IMG/VR virus record: IMGVR_UViG_3300025015_000009
Coordinates: 254,014-318,013 of that record
Strand: one strand, 5' to 3'
Source of the DNA: a virus
Taxonomy: Duplodnaviria; Heunggongvirae; Uroviricota; Caudoviricetes
DNA length: 64,000 bases
Part shown: piece by piece, positions 55,048 to 64,000 of the stretch
How positions within the stretch are numbered: position 1 is the stretch's first letter
How the letters are laid out: the number at the start of each line of letters is the position of its first letter
Translations under genes and position numbers: made by a program
The notes under the pieces: model-generated
Databases searched by the model: none
What the model was told of the DNA's origin: nothing
Seen by the model: only the letters and a program-made list of their open reading frames with translations

Positions 55048-55280
55048 TGTATGTCAATTATACTCTTAAACTGACCACTCTTCTTCTGTAACTCTGCAAT
55101 GTGTTTGTCATTTCGGAGTTTAAGTTCGTATTGGTAGTTCTCGATTATCATGTAAAGTTGCTGGACAAGATCATGGCTACCAAATCGATGTGCCGCGTTT
55201 AGCTTAGACGACAACTCACTGAGTTTCTTCTGTAAGTCGTCGTCTGTCAGATCAGTTAGGTTACCAATTAACGGGTGCAT
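55044..55280 (-). CDS. small helical protein
   Basis: MHPL..NL..LTD.DL..K..EL. Confidence 0.65.
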   Translation of the reverse strand: MHPLIGNLTDLTDDDLQKKLSELSSKLNAAHRFGSHDLVQQLYMIIENYQYELKLRNDKHIAELQKKSGQFKSIIDIQ

Positions 55281-55292
55281 ATTGTACTTATT

Positions 55293-55757
55293 TTACTTGT
55301 CTGTGGCTGCGCGAATTTCTGCGTTAAACGTATTGAATTTTCCGCCTGGATACCTAGCTTCGAGTTTTGCAACATTTTGAGCCACTACGTCGTTTGGGTT
55401 TACGCCCAATGCACGACAAGCGTTTGTCCAATACCAAATAACATCACCAAGTTCACTTACCATATGATCGTAGTTTTCTTTGTTAAGTGGCTTGCCGTGG
55501 AACAGAAGTTTCTTAACGATCTCTGAGAACTCTCCAGATTCGGAGCTGAGTCCTATTCCCGCAGTAATTAGGAGGGGGACATTGATGTCGGGCCCGTGCT
55601 GCATTTCTCCATTGGGCCCGAATGCTTCGTAGTTAGCATCTAATCGGTTCAATCGATTCATAAAATCTGTTAATGAGTTTGAATCTTTACTTGTTACTTT
55701 TTCTACAAATTCTGAGTACTTGTTTAAGTCGACGGTTTGCATGTATGTATCCTCCAA
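55293..55757 (-). CDS. MazG-like NTP pyrophosphohydrolase
   Basis: GL.SESGEF.EIVKK...ELGDV.WY...N..KL..RYP. Confidence 0.88.
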   Translation of the reverse strand: MEDTYMQTVDLNKYSEFVEKVTSKDSNSLTDFMNRLNRLDANYEAFGPNGEMQHGPDINVPLLITAGIGLSSESGEFSEIVKKLLFHGKPLNKENYDHMVSELGDVIWYWTNACRALGVNPNDVVAQNVAKLEARYPGGKFNTFNAEIRAATDK

Positions 55758-55758
55758 T

Positions 55759-55790
55759 AAAAAACCTTGCTACAACTAAGTATAGCAAGG
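55759..55790 (-). terminator. intrinsic terminator overlapping a sigma70-like -10 box
   Basis: CCTTGCTA-N10-TAGCAAGG followed by TTTTTT on the minus strand. Confidence 0.6.
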
Positions 55791-55812
55791 CTATGTTGAT
55801 AATGCAACTTTT

Positions 55813-56547
55813 TTAGTAACTGCTTAGGGTGATTCTTTTCCAAATTGACGTAGCATTGTCAAATGCCCCAGTACATACATACAGGTAGGTTGCATCTGCT
55901 GCGAGTAATCCAGCTTTATCTCCTGCTATTCCGACCGCGGCAGCTGGAGTAGAACGGATAATATTTGCTTTTTGGAGTTTTGATGTAATCTCGCGGATAA
56001 CAACCGTTGATCCACCATCGTTCGTTGAGAATTCGAAAATGTATTCACCGACTGCTGGGAACGTTAGCACGTTGCCAACAAACCCTTGAATCTCGTCTTT
56101 ACCTAACGTTACTTCGGCGCCGATTGTCATAGTATGGGTGACGTTCGTTACATCAATCCACACTCTTATCTTCGAGTACATACCTGCAGTTGGCCAACCA
56201 GATAAGTTAACGGTTACCGATGCATTGGTTGTTAGTGTTTGCAAGTGGCCGTGAGTAAATTGGACAGCCTGGGCACCTGTTGCTAACCCTAGATCCCATG
56301 CTTCTTCGGTGAACGCTTTCATTTTAACACCGGTGAACAACACATTGTTGAACGTGTTGCTTACTGTTCCACCAGCCAGTGCAGTCTTAAGCACAACCTT
56401 GTTTTGTAAATCTTCGATTTCTTCTTTTGCAAAAGTAAGATTAGTTCGTGTGTTAGTGAAGTTATCGCGGAACCCTTGACTGTCGTTGTCCTGACCGGCA
56501 ATAGGGAATGTGCCGTCTATGTTGTAGGAATTTATATTTGATGCCAT
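55813..56547 (-). CDS. virion structural protein
   Basis: ID..FP.AGQDNDSQGFRDNF; C-terminal G..G..A.D..YLYVC...W.R; TATAAATA upstream. Confidence 0.7.
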   Translation of the reverse strand: MASNINSYNIDGTFPIAGQDNDSQGFRDNFTNTRTNLTFAKEEIEDLQNKVVLKTALAGGTVSNTFNNVLFTGVKMKAFTEEAWDLGLATGAQAVQFTHGHLQTLTTNASVTVNLSGWPTAGMYSKIRVWIDVTNVTHTMTIGAEVTLGKDEIQGFVGNVLTFPAVGEYIFEFSTNDGGSTVVIREITSKLQKANIIRSTPAAAVGIAGDKAGLLAADATYLYVCTGAFDNATSIWKRITLSSY

Positions 56548-56575
56548 GTTGCGTGTTCTCCTGGTTATTGTTTAT

Positions 56576-59500
56576 TTATAGTGAAACATTTGCACTCATT
56601 AATACGTGACGTTGCTGGAACTTTATGTATTTATCGTCGACCCCTGCTGTCATGTAGGTGTCACGGTGATTGTAAAACCTAGTTGAGTTCTTATCGAATG
56701 TAGTAACCTGTGATCCACTGTGGATAGTATCTGTTAGTATCGACCACGCCGGCACTGTAAATCCGTGTGCCGAATCGACAACCGGGTTAAAGTATAGTTT
56801 TGTGTCTTTATATAGTTGCCCACCAGTTACATATACATATTGCCATTCAGTTACGTCCTTAACATAGACGAGTGTCACGAGATTATTGTCGTCTATGTTA
56901 ATTTCCCATATACCCATTCGTCTGTTAGCAAGCTCGGGGTATAGTGTATGTGTTAGGTACCCCCATACTGCCGCCCCGTGTCCCGCGACCGTTTCTGGGT
57001 ACAACGGATCATACCATGCTGCTGCCGGTGAATACGGATCAAATAGTGCAGGTGGCAATACCGGCAGCAAGCCAACGTCGTAAGACGTGTTCTCGAATAT
57101 ACCTGAGTCAAAATATGAGGTTGGATCAAATACCGTTGGTTCCAACATCGGTGGCTCACTACTCGAATATTGTAGATAGTCAAATCCGATCCCGAACTCG
57201 TTGTCAAACTGATTCTTTTCCAGGTGCAGTTCCGGTAACACAACTGGAGATTGTCCTGGGGAATAGAACGTTGTGTCGAAGTTATTCGCATCAAAGAAGT
57301 GTCGTACTAACGATAACGCAGGACTGTTAATAGTAGTATAGAATTCCTGCCTAGCAAAGATTAAACGGTCGCCGTTCTTAAACGAGTTAAGCAGATCAAA
57401 TCCACCATACGCTTTGATGAACGCAACGCTTCTATTGTGAATTAATTCGTACGGGGTAATCACAGCAAAGTCAACAGATCCTGCAAATGCAATAATTGAT
57501 ACAGACAGGGCAGTTTTAGTAAGAGTGCAGTTGTTACTTAATGTTATAGTATGTGCATTTGCATCATAGGCGGTGATGTATGTATCCAATGGAATACCAG
57601 ATCCAACTACTGTGAATCCAACGATAGTACCTATCCCGCCTATTACTGATACATTGGTTATTACTGGTGACCCGAGCGTTAGATTGCCAATAAAGTTGCC
57701 ATTTGTTGAAATAGGCGACAGCCGATCAAATGTTGTTTCTTTTGCAGGAGTAAACTTACCGGCTGTTACGTCAAAGTGTTTTGATAGTTGGTTATCAAGG
57801 ATATATCGATCTACGTCAAAGTTTAGGTTATTGAATACGATTCCGTTTGCTCTTAGTCGATATGCAATCAGTTTCGCTGCGCCTGGAACAGTGTATGCCA
57901 ATACTATCGCGCGAGTTAATCCAAGCACTTGCCCTTTTTCTTGTTGGGCTGTCATCCAGTCTGGTAACGCACCTTTGTTCGAGTAGTCGATCGCATCGGT
58001 TATTCTTTTTTGCATTAAGTAGTATGAATTAGGAGTCATCTTAGTCAATCGTTCTCCTTTTGCAGTAAAGTATGGGTTTTTTGTTGAGATTGAGCCTGAC
58101 GTTTTAATACTTTGCCCGGCGTTTGTTAAATCGTCTACCACTTCTACGTATACAACTTCGTACTTAACATTTAATTCTGCATCAGTTGCCACTGCTGTCT
58201 TAACTTCGCCTAGATTGATTCGTTTTGTATAATGACTCTCGTATGTCGCGGCGGCATAATCTTCGGTCTTTGTTGGATCTAATCCAGGTAAGAATAAGAA
58301 CTTTAGTTCGGCCGATTTTCCGAAGTACGAATCCCCTTGTCTATATAACAACGCCGGCGGAAAGATGTCAGAGTTACTGATTATAGAATTAAATAACTCT
58401 CTGTCCGCTACTGGCAGCAATGCTTTTAAGTAGATATTTTCATATGGAATCTTATACTTGTTGTTTATTCTTAGTCTAAACGCCTTGTCTGAAGACACAG
58501 TGTGGTGGTAATCTTCAGCGTGAACTGTGAATGTAAACTCAGTGTCTATTAGCAACTCTCCTTTATCGAAAGTTGTTGCGCTATTATCTAGTACAAAATG
58601 GTTAAACGGGAATCTTCCAACGAGTAACCCGTCTTCAGTCAACTTAATTCCGTTTGGTAATCGATCGTATAGTGCTCGATTCCAGGTATACCTGATCCCG
58701 GTAGTAACTGCGGGCGCAGTAGCTTGAACCCGAAGTTCACTTACGTCGCCGTTGAACACAGAACCAAGATCTTCGGGTGTTAGCCATGTTATTGTATTAT
58801 GTAAATCACCTAGCACAGTCATACTAAATGTTGCTGGAAGGCTGGATTTCACCATCGGCAACTCTGTCTCGGGGTTAATCACTGTTTTGCTTGCAATAAC
58901 AGTGAACGTGTATGTTTTTCTGTCTTCTATCTGTGGCGCTAAATGCCCAGTTATCCATCCGGTTGCAACATCTAATGATAGTCCGTTGGGTAAGAAACTT
59001 GTTATTCCCTGGTCCACAATCGAAAACGTAATCGTTTCTTGATGTAACGAATAATCAACTGCTGTAACTCTGAACATGTAGTCTGTGCGCTGTCTAGCAG
59101 AAGGCAATTCAGTTTCGATGTTCGTTATAACAGGATTATATTCGGGCGTAGTGTTTGTTAGTATAACCGTATTGTCGGCCGCTAATATCGTAGAGTCTGT
59201 TGTTGCAGCTAGCCGAGTAGTAACAGTCATACTATACGAGTTCACATCCGTATTAATCCCGTCTGAAACTTCTACGCTGAAAATATAGCTGACTGCTGCG
59301 TTGTTGTATTGTAAGTTAGATACCGGTGGAGAATATGGAGTTGAAGAGAAACCTAGTCCATCATAACTACCTCGTCTGTTTAGGTACGTATATTGGTTCG
59401 GGATAGCAAAGTCCATTGGGATAAGATATCCACTGATCTCACCTGCTTGGTTTAATGTGATCCCTGGCGGCAATTTACCACTGACAAGCGACCAAGTAAA

Positions 59501-59908
59501 CACCGCCGACGGGTTAGGTTCGATTACGTTTAAATCATAATAAAAAACCTCGCCGTCAACGAAGTCACCAATTTTTGTTGACTCTGGAATAATAATTGGT
59601 CTGACCATACTATTAACGTCGATTCTAAATGTTCGGTCGGTTATCTCAGTCTGGCTATACGCTGCACGAACCGTTGCCGTGTATGTATACTTTTCGCTGA
59701 GCCCCTCAGTCCGCGGAATCATTGCAGTACCATGCAGTTCCCCAGTGCGTTGGTCCAAACTAATACCTGGTGGAAACCCTCCGGATATTACTGTGTACGT
59801 AACACGTTTTCCTGATTGCTCGGAGGCAGAGAGTTTATAACTATAGAACGAGTTCTCACCTATAGTTCCTATTATTTCGTCGGTAGTAAGCCAAACTGGA
59901 TACTGCAT
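56576..59908 (-). CDS. large Ig-repeat baseplate/tail structural protein
   Basis: Several LPxG(I/L)xL...G.I.G Ig-like repeats and TTFD motifs. Confidence 0.75.
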   Translation of the reverse strand: MQYPVWLTTDEIIGTIGENSFYSYKLSASEQSGKRVTYTVISGGFPPGISLDQRTGELHGTAMIPRTEGLSEKYTYTATVRAAYSQTEITDRTFRIDVNSMVRPIIIPESTKIGDFVDGEVFYYDLNVIEPNPSAVFTWSLVSGKLPPGITLNQAGEISGYLIPMDFAIPNQYTYLNRRGSYDGLGFSSTPYSPPVSNLQYNNAAVSYIFSVEVSDGINTDVNSYSMTVTTRLAATTDSTILAADNTVILTNTTPEYNPVITNIETELPSARQRTDYMFRVTAVDYSLHQETITFSIVDQGITSFLPNGLSLDVATGWITGHLAPQIEDRKTYTFTVIASKTVINPETELPMVKSSLPATFSMTVLGDLHNTITWLTPEDLGSVFNGDVSELRVQATAPAVTTGIRYTWNRALYDRLPNGIKLTEDGLLVGRFPFNHFVLDNSATTFDKGELLIDTEFTFTVHAEDYHHTVSSDKAFRLRINNKYKIPYENIYLKALLPVADRELFNSIISNSDIFPPALLYRQGDSYFGKSAELKFLFLPGLDPTKTEDYAAATYESHYTKRINLGEVKTAVATDAELNVKYEVVYVEVVDDLTNAGQSIKTSGSISTKNPYFTAKGERLTKMTPNSYYLMQKRITDAIDYSNKGALPDWMTAQQEKGQVLGLTRAIVLAYTVPGAAKLIAYRLRANGIVFNNLNFDVDRYILDNQLSKHFDVTAGKFTPAKETTFDRLSPISTNGNFIGNLTLGSPVITNVSVIGGIGTIVGFTVVGSGIPLDTYITAYDANAHTITLSNNCTLTKTALSVSIIAFAGSVDFAVITPYELIHNRSVAFIKAYGGFDLLNSFKNGDRLIFARQEFYTTINSPALSLVRHFFDANNFDTTFYSPGQSPVVLPELHLEKNQFDNEFGIGFDYLQYSSSEPPMLEPTVFDPTSYFDSGIFENTSYDVGLLPVLPPALFDPYSPAAAWYDPLYPETVAGHGAAVWGYLTHTLYPELANRRMGIWEINIDDNNLVTLVYVKDVTEWQYVYVTGGQLYKDTKLYFNPVVDSAHGFTVPAWSILTDTIHSGSQVTTFDKNSTRFYNHRDTYMTAGVDDKYIKFQQRHVLMSANVSL

Positions 59909-59961
59909 ATGTTGTTCTCCGTTACTAGATATTTATCAAAAATTAAGTAACAGGAACGCAG

Positions 59962-60258
59962 TTAGTCTTTGTTTATAGTAGAATCAGATGTGAATCCGGT
60001 GGTGAATGCCAGTAACAGGAAAGCACCTACTTGTGTTGGAATTTGCCCACCTAGTATCAAGCCAACGGATGTACCAATGGTTGTTAGTACCGCTAGTATC
60101 GTGCGTTTCTTATTATGGTCAAAGATGTAGTTGGCTAAGCTCCCACTTAACTGGCCCATTACAAACTTTTTAATAGCATGACCCAACATACCGAAGAGTG
60201 AAACAAGAATGAAGACAGAGTTATCTAGTGTTGCATATTTAATGAGTTCTTCTATCAT
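59962..60258 (-). CDS. putative holin / membrane protein
   Basis: 98 aa with about three hydrophobic segments. Confidence 0.5.
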   Translation of the reverse strand: MIEELIKYATLDNSVFILVSLFGMLGHAIKKFVMGQLSGSLANYIFDHNKKRTILAVLTTIGTSVGLILGGQIPTQVGAFLLLAFTTGFTSDSTINKD

Positions 60259-60267
60259 TTATTTTCC

Positions 60268-61779
60268 TTATACTATCCATAATGAGTAATTGGTGTCACG
60301 GAACACGTCACCGGATACTAACCCGCCGTCAATTGCATTTGTTCTATTAGAGAATGTGGGCAAGTTCTTGATGTTCAACGTAGATACATTGACGTTACCT
60401 GTACTGTCCCAACTGTACTTACTTGATATTACTACCTTGATAGTAGACTCGGACGGCGCAGTAATAATAGCGGCATTCGTTCTTCTAATTCTTATCCAGA
60501 ACTTACCGGTAACACCGTCGACAGTTCGTGTGACCCAGTTTGTTATGCCTGACGGAATTGTTATGTTCCCGTTCTGTCTGAATCCGTTTGTCCCGTCGCC
60601 AGGGCCAAATGCAGCAAACGACGCCGCACCATCTGAGTATTCGAACGTCGGGATGATGCCTGCTCCGGTTGCAAGTATACTAAGAGACACTTCGATTGCA
60701 CTGAACTTAACACTGTGTCCGATGTAAATGTAGTCGTTGTCGTTAACAAACAAAGAAACGTCATTTCCGATCGCACCGAATTCCACAGTTCTGTCGGTGT
60801 ACACTGCGGAACTGAATACGAGGTTTGCATCAGCAACAATTACTGCTCCTGCATCTTGCTCAATCACGTCGATCCCTGGGTACGTTTCTATTGCAACAAC
60901 GTCTACTGTTCCGGTACCGGTTTTCGATATAGCGAATGCTGCAATTGTACCACCAGTTGAATCTGCGGTGTTAACGTGGAAATCATATCCGTGACTCTCG
61001 TCACCTGCAATCAAACCAGTTGCTAAATAGTTTACGTCAATTGCGTGAGTATCAGCAAACCCATTACATGCTACATCTAACGATATTGGCCTAGTACCAC
61101 TTATGCCGGCAGTGTGCTCGATTCGAAATACTCCCAGCGTTATTTGTCTCGGGGAGGTTCTTGCATCTAACACAACGTTCTCGTTACCGAGTAGTAGACT
61201 ACGGATACTTCCTGTGAATGATGGGGTGGCTTTCGGAGCCTTTAGATCAAGGGCAGTCTGAGTTAATGTAGATATTGGTTTATTTAGGTCGGTAGTATTG
61301 TCTACGTTAGACAGACCAACTTGAGTTTTTGTTAAGTTTGTTAACTGTGATCCGTTTCCGTTTGGCAACAAATAATCTGTTCCTGGGGATGTCGATGCAA
61401 ATCCACCTGCACCGTCACCTTTAAGGATGGCAGTGCCGGTGGTTATCGGTGCATAATCTGTGCCTGGGGTTGCAGACTGCAATACCCCAGCAGCACTTTT
61501 TAGCATACCTGTTAATGTTGACCGTTTAACTAGCTTACCACTTGTGTCAGCAAATAATGCAACCTCACCGATAATCGACAATGCTGTGTTAGACGACACA
61601 TCACCTCCGCCACCAACCCCTGTTGTAATACTCGCCGAGCCATCGCCGTTCAGAGTAACAGCGTTGTTTGAGAACTTTAACAGTTCTATTGATTGCGATG
61701 CTGGTGAGCCATCTAGCTCTGAAATACTTATCGCTCCAGTTGCCAGTGTTGCTTTTGGGTTAAGTAACTCGACTGTCAT
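60268..61779 (-). CDS. tail fibre-like protein
   Basis: PGTDY repeats, VGL.NVDNT.D..KP.S fibre motif, beta-rich C-terminus. Confidence 0.7.
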   Translation of the reverse strand: MTVELLNPKATLATGAISISELDGSPASQSIELLKFSNNAVTLNGDGSASITTGVGGGGDVSSNTALSIIGEVALFADTSGKLVKRSTLTGMLKSAAGVLQSATPGTDYAPITTGTAILKGDGAGGFASTSPGTDYLLPNGNGSQLTNLTKTQVGLSNVDNTTDLNKPISTLTQTALDLKAPKATPSFTGSIRSLLLGNENVVLDARTSPRQITLGVFRIEHTAGISGTRPISLDVACNGFADTHAIDVNYLATGLIAGDESHGYDFHVNTADSTGGTIAAFAISKTGTGTVDVVAIETYPGIDVIEQDAGAVIVADANLVFSSAVYTDRTVEFGAIGNDVSLFVNDNDYIYIGHSVKFSAIEVSLSILATGAGIIPTFEYSDGAASFAAFGPGDGTNGFRQNGNITIPSGITNWVTRTVDGVTGKFWIRIRRTNAAIITAPSESTIKVVISSKYSWDSTGNVNVSTLNIKNLPTFSNRTNAIDGGLVSGDVFRDTNYSLWIV

Positions 61780-61789
61780 TGTATATCCT

Positions 61790-62332
61790 TTATGATGTCA
61801 CGGTAGCAACAACTGCGGTATTTACTCCAATTGAGGTAATTGTTAACTTCAACTGTGTCCACTGTGGTGCTATAGAAACAAAGTCTGTTGCTAGGTTGCT
61901 TGATGCCAACGTAACCGTTGCAACTGGAACCCACCCTAATCCGTCGTTTGATACGTTTACAATAATAACCGCGCCTGCCGCTCCCAATGCTGTGAATTGT
62001 ACGATTGCCGGAAGCGCCAGCGATCGATCGATATTTAGTATCGTTTGATCACCTGTTTGCCCTGTTGAAAAATAAGGAATTGATATCACTCCTGACAATG
62101 CAACAGTTCCCTGAGATGGTACCAGTACAGTAAAGGTATCCGGAGCTGTCACTGTGACCGCCAATGATGGATCAGTTGATGCATATGGGAAGATAAACGT
62201 AACTTCGTCTGTTGTTTTTAAGTAATGAGACCCGGTTGTTGTTACTGTTAGTGTTCCTGCTAGCCAAGTTGCTGTATATGATAGTTGTCTTTTTAGTCTT
62301 CTGACTTTCTGTGTTGCCATTGTTGTCTCCAA
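61790..62332 (-). CDS. virion structural protein
   Basis: Thr-rich beta protein; TAAATA upstream. Confidence 0.6.
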   Translation of the reverse strand: METTMATQKVRRLKRQLSYTATWLAGTLTVTTTGSHYLKTTDEVTFIFPYASTDPSLAVTVTAPDTFTVLVPSQGTVALSGVISIPYFSTGQTGDQTILNIDRSLALPAIVQFTALGAAGAVIIVNVSNDGLGWVPVATVTLASSNLATDFVSIAPQWTQLKLTITSIGVNTAVVATVTS

Positions 62333-62358
62333 GTTTACTTATTTATCGTTGCCATGCA

Positions 62359-62997
62359 CTACAAGATAACTCCTGTTATTACTTTCCCCCCAGCAATGTC
62401 CGAATCTTCCAATGACTTTGCTATAACTGCTGCGCCGTACTTGACCTGGCTTCCAACCGACATAGCATACCCTGGGGTTGTGCTGGTTACCAATAGATCT
62501 CCTTTGCGGACCGTTCCGAGAACCTTAATCGGAACTCGCCCTCTGAGTGCTACTTCTATTCCTGTTGACTCGCTGTTCATTAAGTATGCTGGGGCAGTAG
62601 ATACTGCCCCAGCAACAGCCGCATCTGCAAATTTAGTTGTAACGGTTACTTCTTTACTGCCCCCGAACACAAGAACAGTTCCAGGCTCATATGGGCAATC
62701 CGCCTCGTACTTTTCTGCTAAGTCTGCGTATTTTGCAGAGCTTGCTAACCCACTGAAGTTAGTTGCAGATAAAGTTGCAGTTCCAGGGTTATATGTGTAT
62801 GTGCTGTGTGTCGACGACCCGCTTACTGCTGTTTGTGCAGACGCAAACACTGGGTAAAAGATAGAATTTAATGTGTTGTCGGCCGAAGGGATTGTAGTAG
62901 GAGTTATATCTCCTGTGCCCAGCAAGCTGACCCCGCTGATGGTCTTCAGGTTTCCTTGCTGGAAAACCTCCCCTACAAACTGTGATAAAGATGACAT
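62359..62997 (-). CDS. short fibre protein with autocleaving-chaperone-like C-terminal domain
   Basis: A.YADLAEKY, GTVLVFGG, VSTAPAYLMN, VAL.GRVP.KV.G...KGDLLV. Confidence 0.65.
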   Translation of the reverse strand: MSSLSQFVGEVFQQGNLKTISGVSLLGTGDITPTTIPSADNTLNSIFYPVFASAQTAVSGSSTHSTYTYNPGTATLSATNFSGLASSAKYADLAEKYEADCPYEPGTVLVFGGSKEVTVTTKFADAAVAGAVSTAPAYLMNSESTGIEVALRGRVPIKVLGTVRKGDLLVTSTTPGYAMSVGSQVKYGAAVIAKSLEDSDIAGGKVITGVIL

Positions 62998-63081
62998 TAT
63001 AAAATCCTCCAAGAACTGTTTACAAACCGCAACTGCACGGTTCCGTTGGTTGATGCATTCAGCGTCATGTCCTCAGCCAAG

Positions 63082-63216
63082 CCCATGAATTCCACGCCCC
63101 GCCAGTCCAAAACAACAGGCGCGCCTCAAGCCCGAAATCGTCCTCTTGGTACGTGAGCATGAATTTCACACGTCAACTTCGAATTGCGGAAATCTTTGAT
63201 CTTGGTTCCAACTCAT
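63082..63216 (-). pseudogene. frameshifted partial duplicate of the 63493-63873 gene
   Basis: MSWNQDQRFPQFEV then a 1-nt deletion; the shifted frame reads VKFMLTYQEDDFGLEARLLFWTGGAWNSW. Confidence 0.75.
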
Positions 63217-63458
63217 GGCAAAATCTCCTGTAGTTGAGCTTCCGTTGTTGCCGCTTTCACCGCATCCTCAAGCGCCTGTTGTGTCCCTTGGATGGTTGCC
63301 AGTCCGGCTACCTTGACGCCGATCTTGCCCATCAGCACAGGTAGTGTCAGCCCACGAGCTGCCGCCAGCGCAGTGACATACGGAGTTTGCGCAGTGTTGT
63401 CAGCCATCCATGCCGAGTATTCGATCGCTAAGCGGCATAATCTTTGTCGGACGCGCAT
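63213..63458 (-). pseudogene. tail fibre assembly-like gene remnant, apparently lacking its 5' part
   Basis: AW.ADN.A.TP....LA.ARG....L..KI...G.QQ.LED; no convincing start or RBS; higher GC than the window. Confidence 0.5.
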
Positions 63459-63492
63459 CCGGCGAGGGCGAGTAGTGCGAGTACTGTTTTCC

Positions 63493-63873
63493 TTACGGTA
63501 GCGGCGCAGGTTTGACGGTCAAATTCTGCCCGTCAGAGTCAACGCTCATCAGCAAGTTATATTTAAACCTCCCGATTCGATCCGCTGGGTTTGGCAGAGG
63601 TAGATTCGCTTTTAGCTTCGCGCGGCGTATAGCTTCTTGCGTCAGCCACACAAGGTACTCGCGCAAACTGCCCTTCGCCATAATGTCCGCGTCGGTCACG
63701 TTCTGGTCTATCAGCGCAGATGTGTCAGGTGTTCCGCCCCATGAGAACCATTCGGCTCCAGTCCAAAACAACAGGCGCGCCTCAAGGCCGAATTCGTCCT
63801 CTTGGAACGTTAGCATGAATTTAACCCCGCCAACTTCAAACTGCGGAAATCTTTGATCTTGGTTCCAGCTCAT
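63493..63873 (-). CDS. hypothetical protein
   Basis: 126 aa ORF with AAGGAG RBS. Confidence 0.7.
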   Translation of the reverse strand: MSWNQDQRFPQFEVGGVKFMLTFQEDEFGLEARLLFWTGAEWFSWGGTPDTSALIDQNVTDADIMAKGSLREYLVWLTQEAIRRAKLKANLPLPNPADRIGRFKYNLLMSVDSDGQNLTVKPAPLP

Positions 63874-63889
63874 TTTATTTCTCCTTGTT

Positions 63890-64000
63890 TTATGTTAGAT
63901 AACGAATAATTACGATACCGGAGCCGCCGGTGCCGCCAGCAAAGCCTGGCGTACCTCCACTGCCACCGCCGCCTCCGCCAGCATTTGCTGTACCCGCAGT
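63890..64000 (-). CDS. glycine-rich virion protein, C-terminus only
   Basis: TAGTANAGGGGGG...GGSGIVIIRYLT-stop. Confidence 0.6.
   Translation of the reverse strand, partial: TAGTANAGGGGGGSGGTPGFAGGTGGSGIVIIRYLT

Noticed and set aside
370-63856. Many plus-strand ORFs in the six-frame track
   Set aside because: They are antisense shadows of well-supported minus-strand genes, without RBS or motifs; only 13761-14423 and phoH are accepted on the plus strand.
63082-63873. Repeat pair as a diversity-generating retroelement TR/VR
   Set aside because: Differences are mostly synonymous and not adenine-specific, the repeat is at a gene 5' end, and no reverse transcriptase is in the window.
1-64000. 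Genome-wide stop-codon reassignment suggested by the in-frame TAG at 30287 and the TGA at 1485
   Set aside because: Conserved genes end properly at TAG (folE, phoH) and TGA (queD, polB C-half), and long genes are not fragmented under the standard code.

Overview
64 kb of a large (jumbo-type) dsDNA tailed phage of a Gram-negative host (two-component spanins, RpoZ homolog), with T4-superfamily-style replication genes and TAAATA late promoters. Nearly every gene is on the minus strand; only a GIY-YIG-like endonuclease and phoH are on the plus strand. From left to right: small early genes; polynucleotide kinase/phosphatase; 5'-3' exonuclease; an RpoZ homolog; a 7-deazaguanine cluster (QueE, QueD, FolE, a DpdL-like T-fold protein, a TGT/DpdA-like transglycosylase, plus a PRTase and a glycosyltransferase, no QueC in the window); sliding clamp; SAM methyltransferase; a family B DNA polymerase fractured by a naturally split Ser1/Thr+1 intein with a Vsr-like endonuclease gene between the halves; RNA ligase 1; a block of probable capsid-internal proteins (two kinases, Nudix, nucleotidyltransferases, xxE-punctuated polyproteins); ClpA, DnaJ, GroES; lysis genes; PhoH; clamp loader; a DnaE fragment; MazG; baseplate/tail genes ending in an eroded duplication. 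Main observations: the QueC-less deazaguanine cluster with extra enzymes, the split polymerase, an expanded family of at least 12 short '...DAxLFxLKW' paralogs in two arrays that each adjoin an RNA-repair enzyme, a truncated second queD start beside a homing endonuclease, and recurring late-promoter/RBS hairpins. No CRISPR array, rRNA or tRNA was seen. All calls come from reading motifs by eye; no database searches were run.
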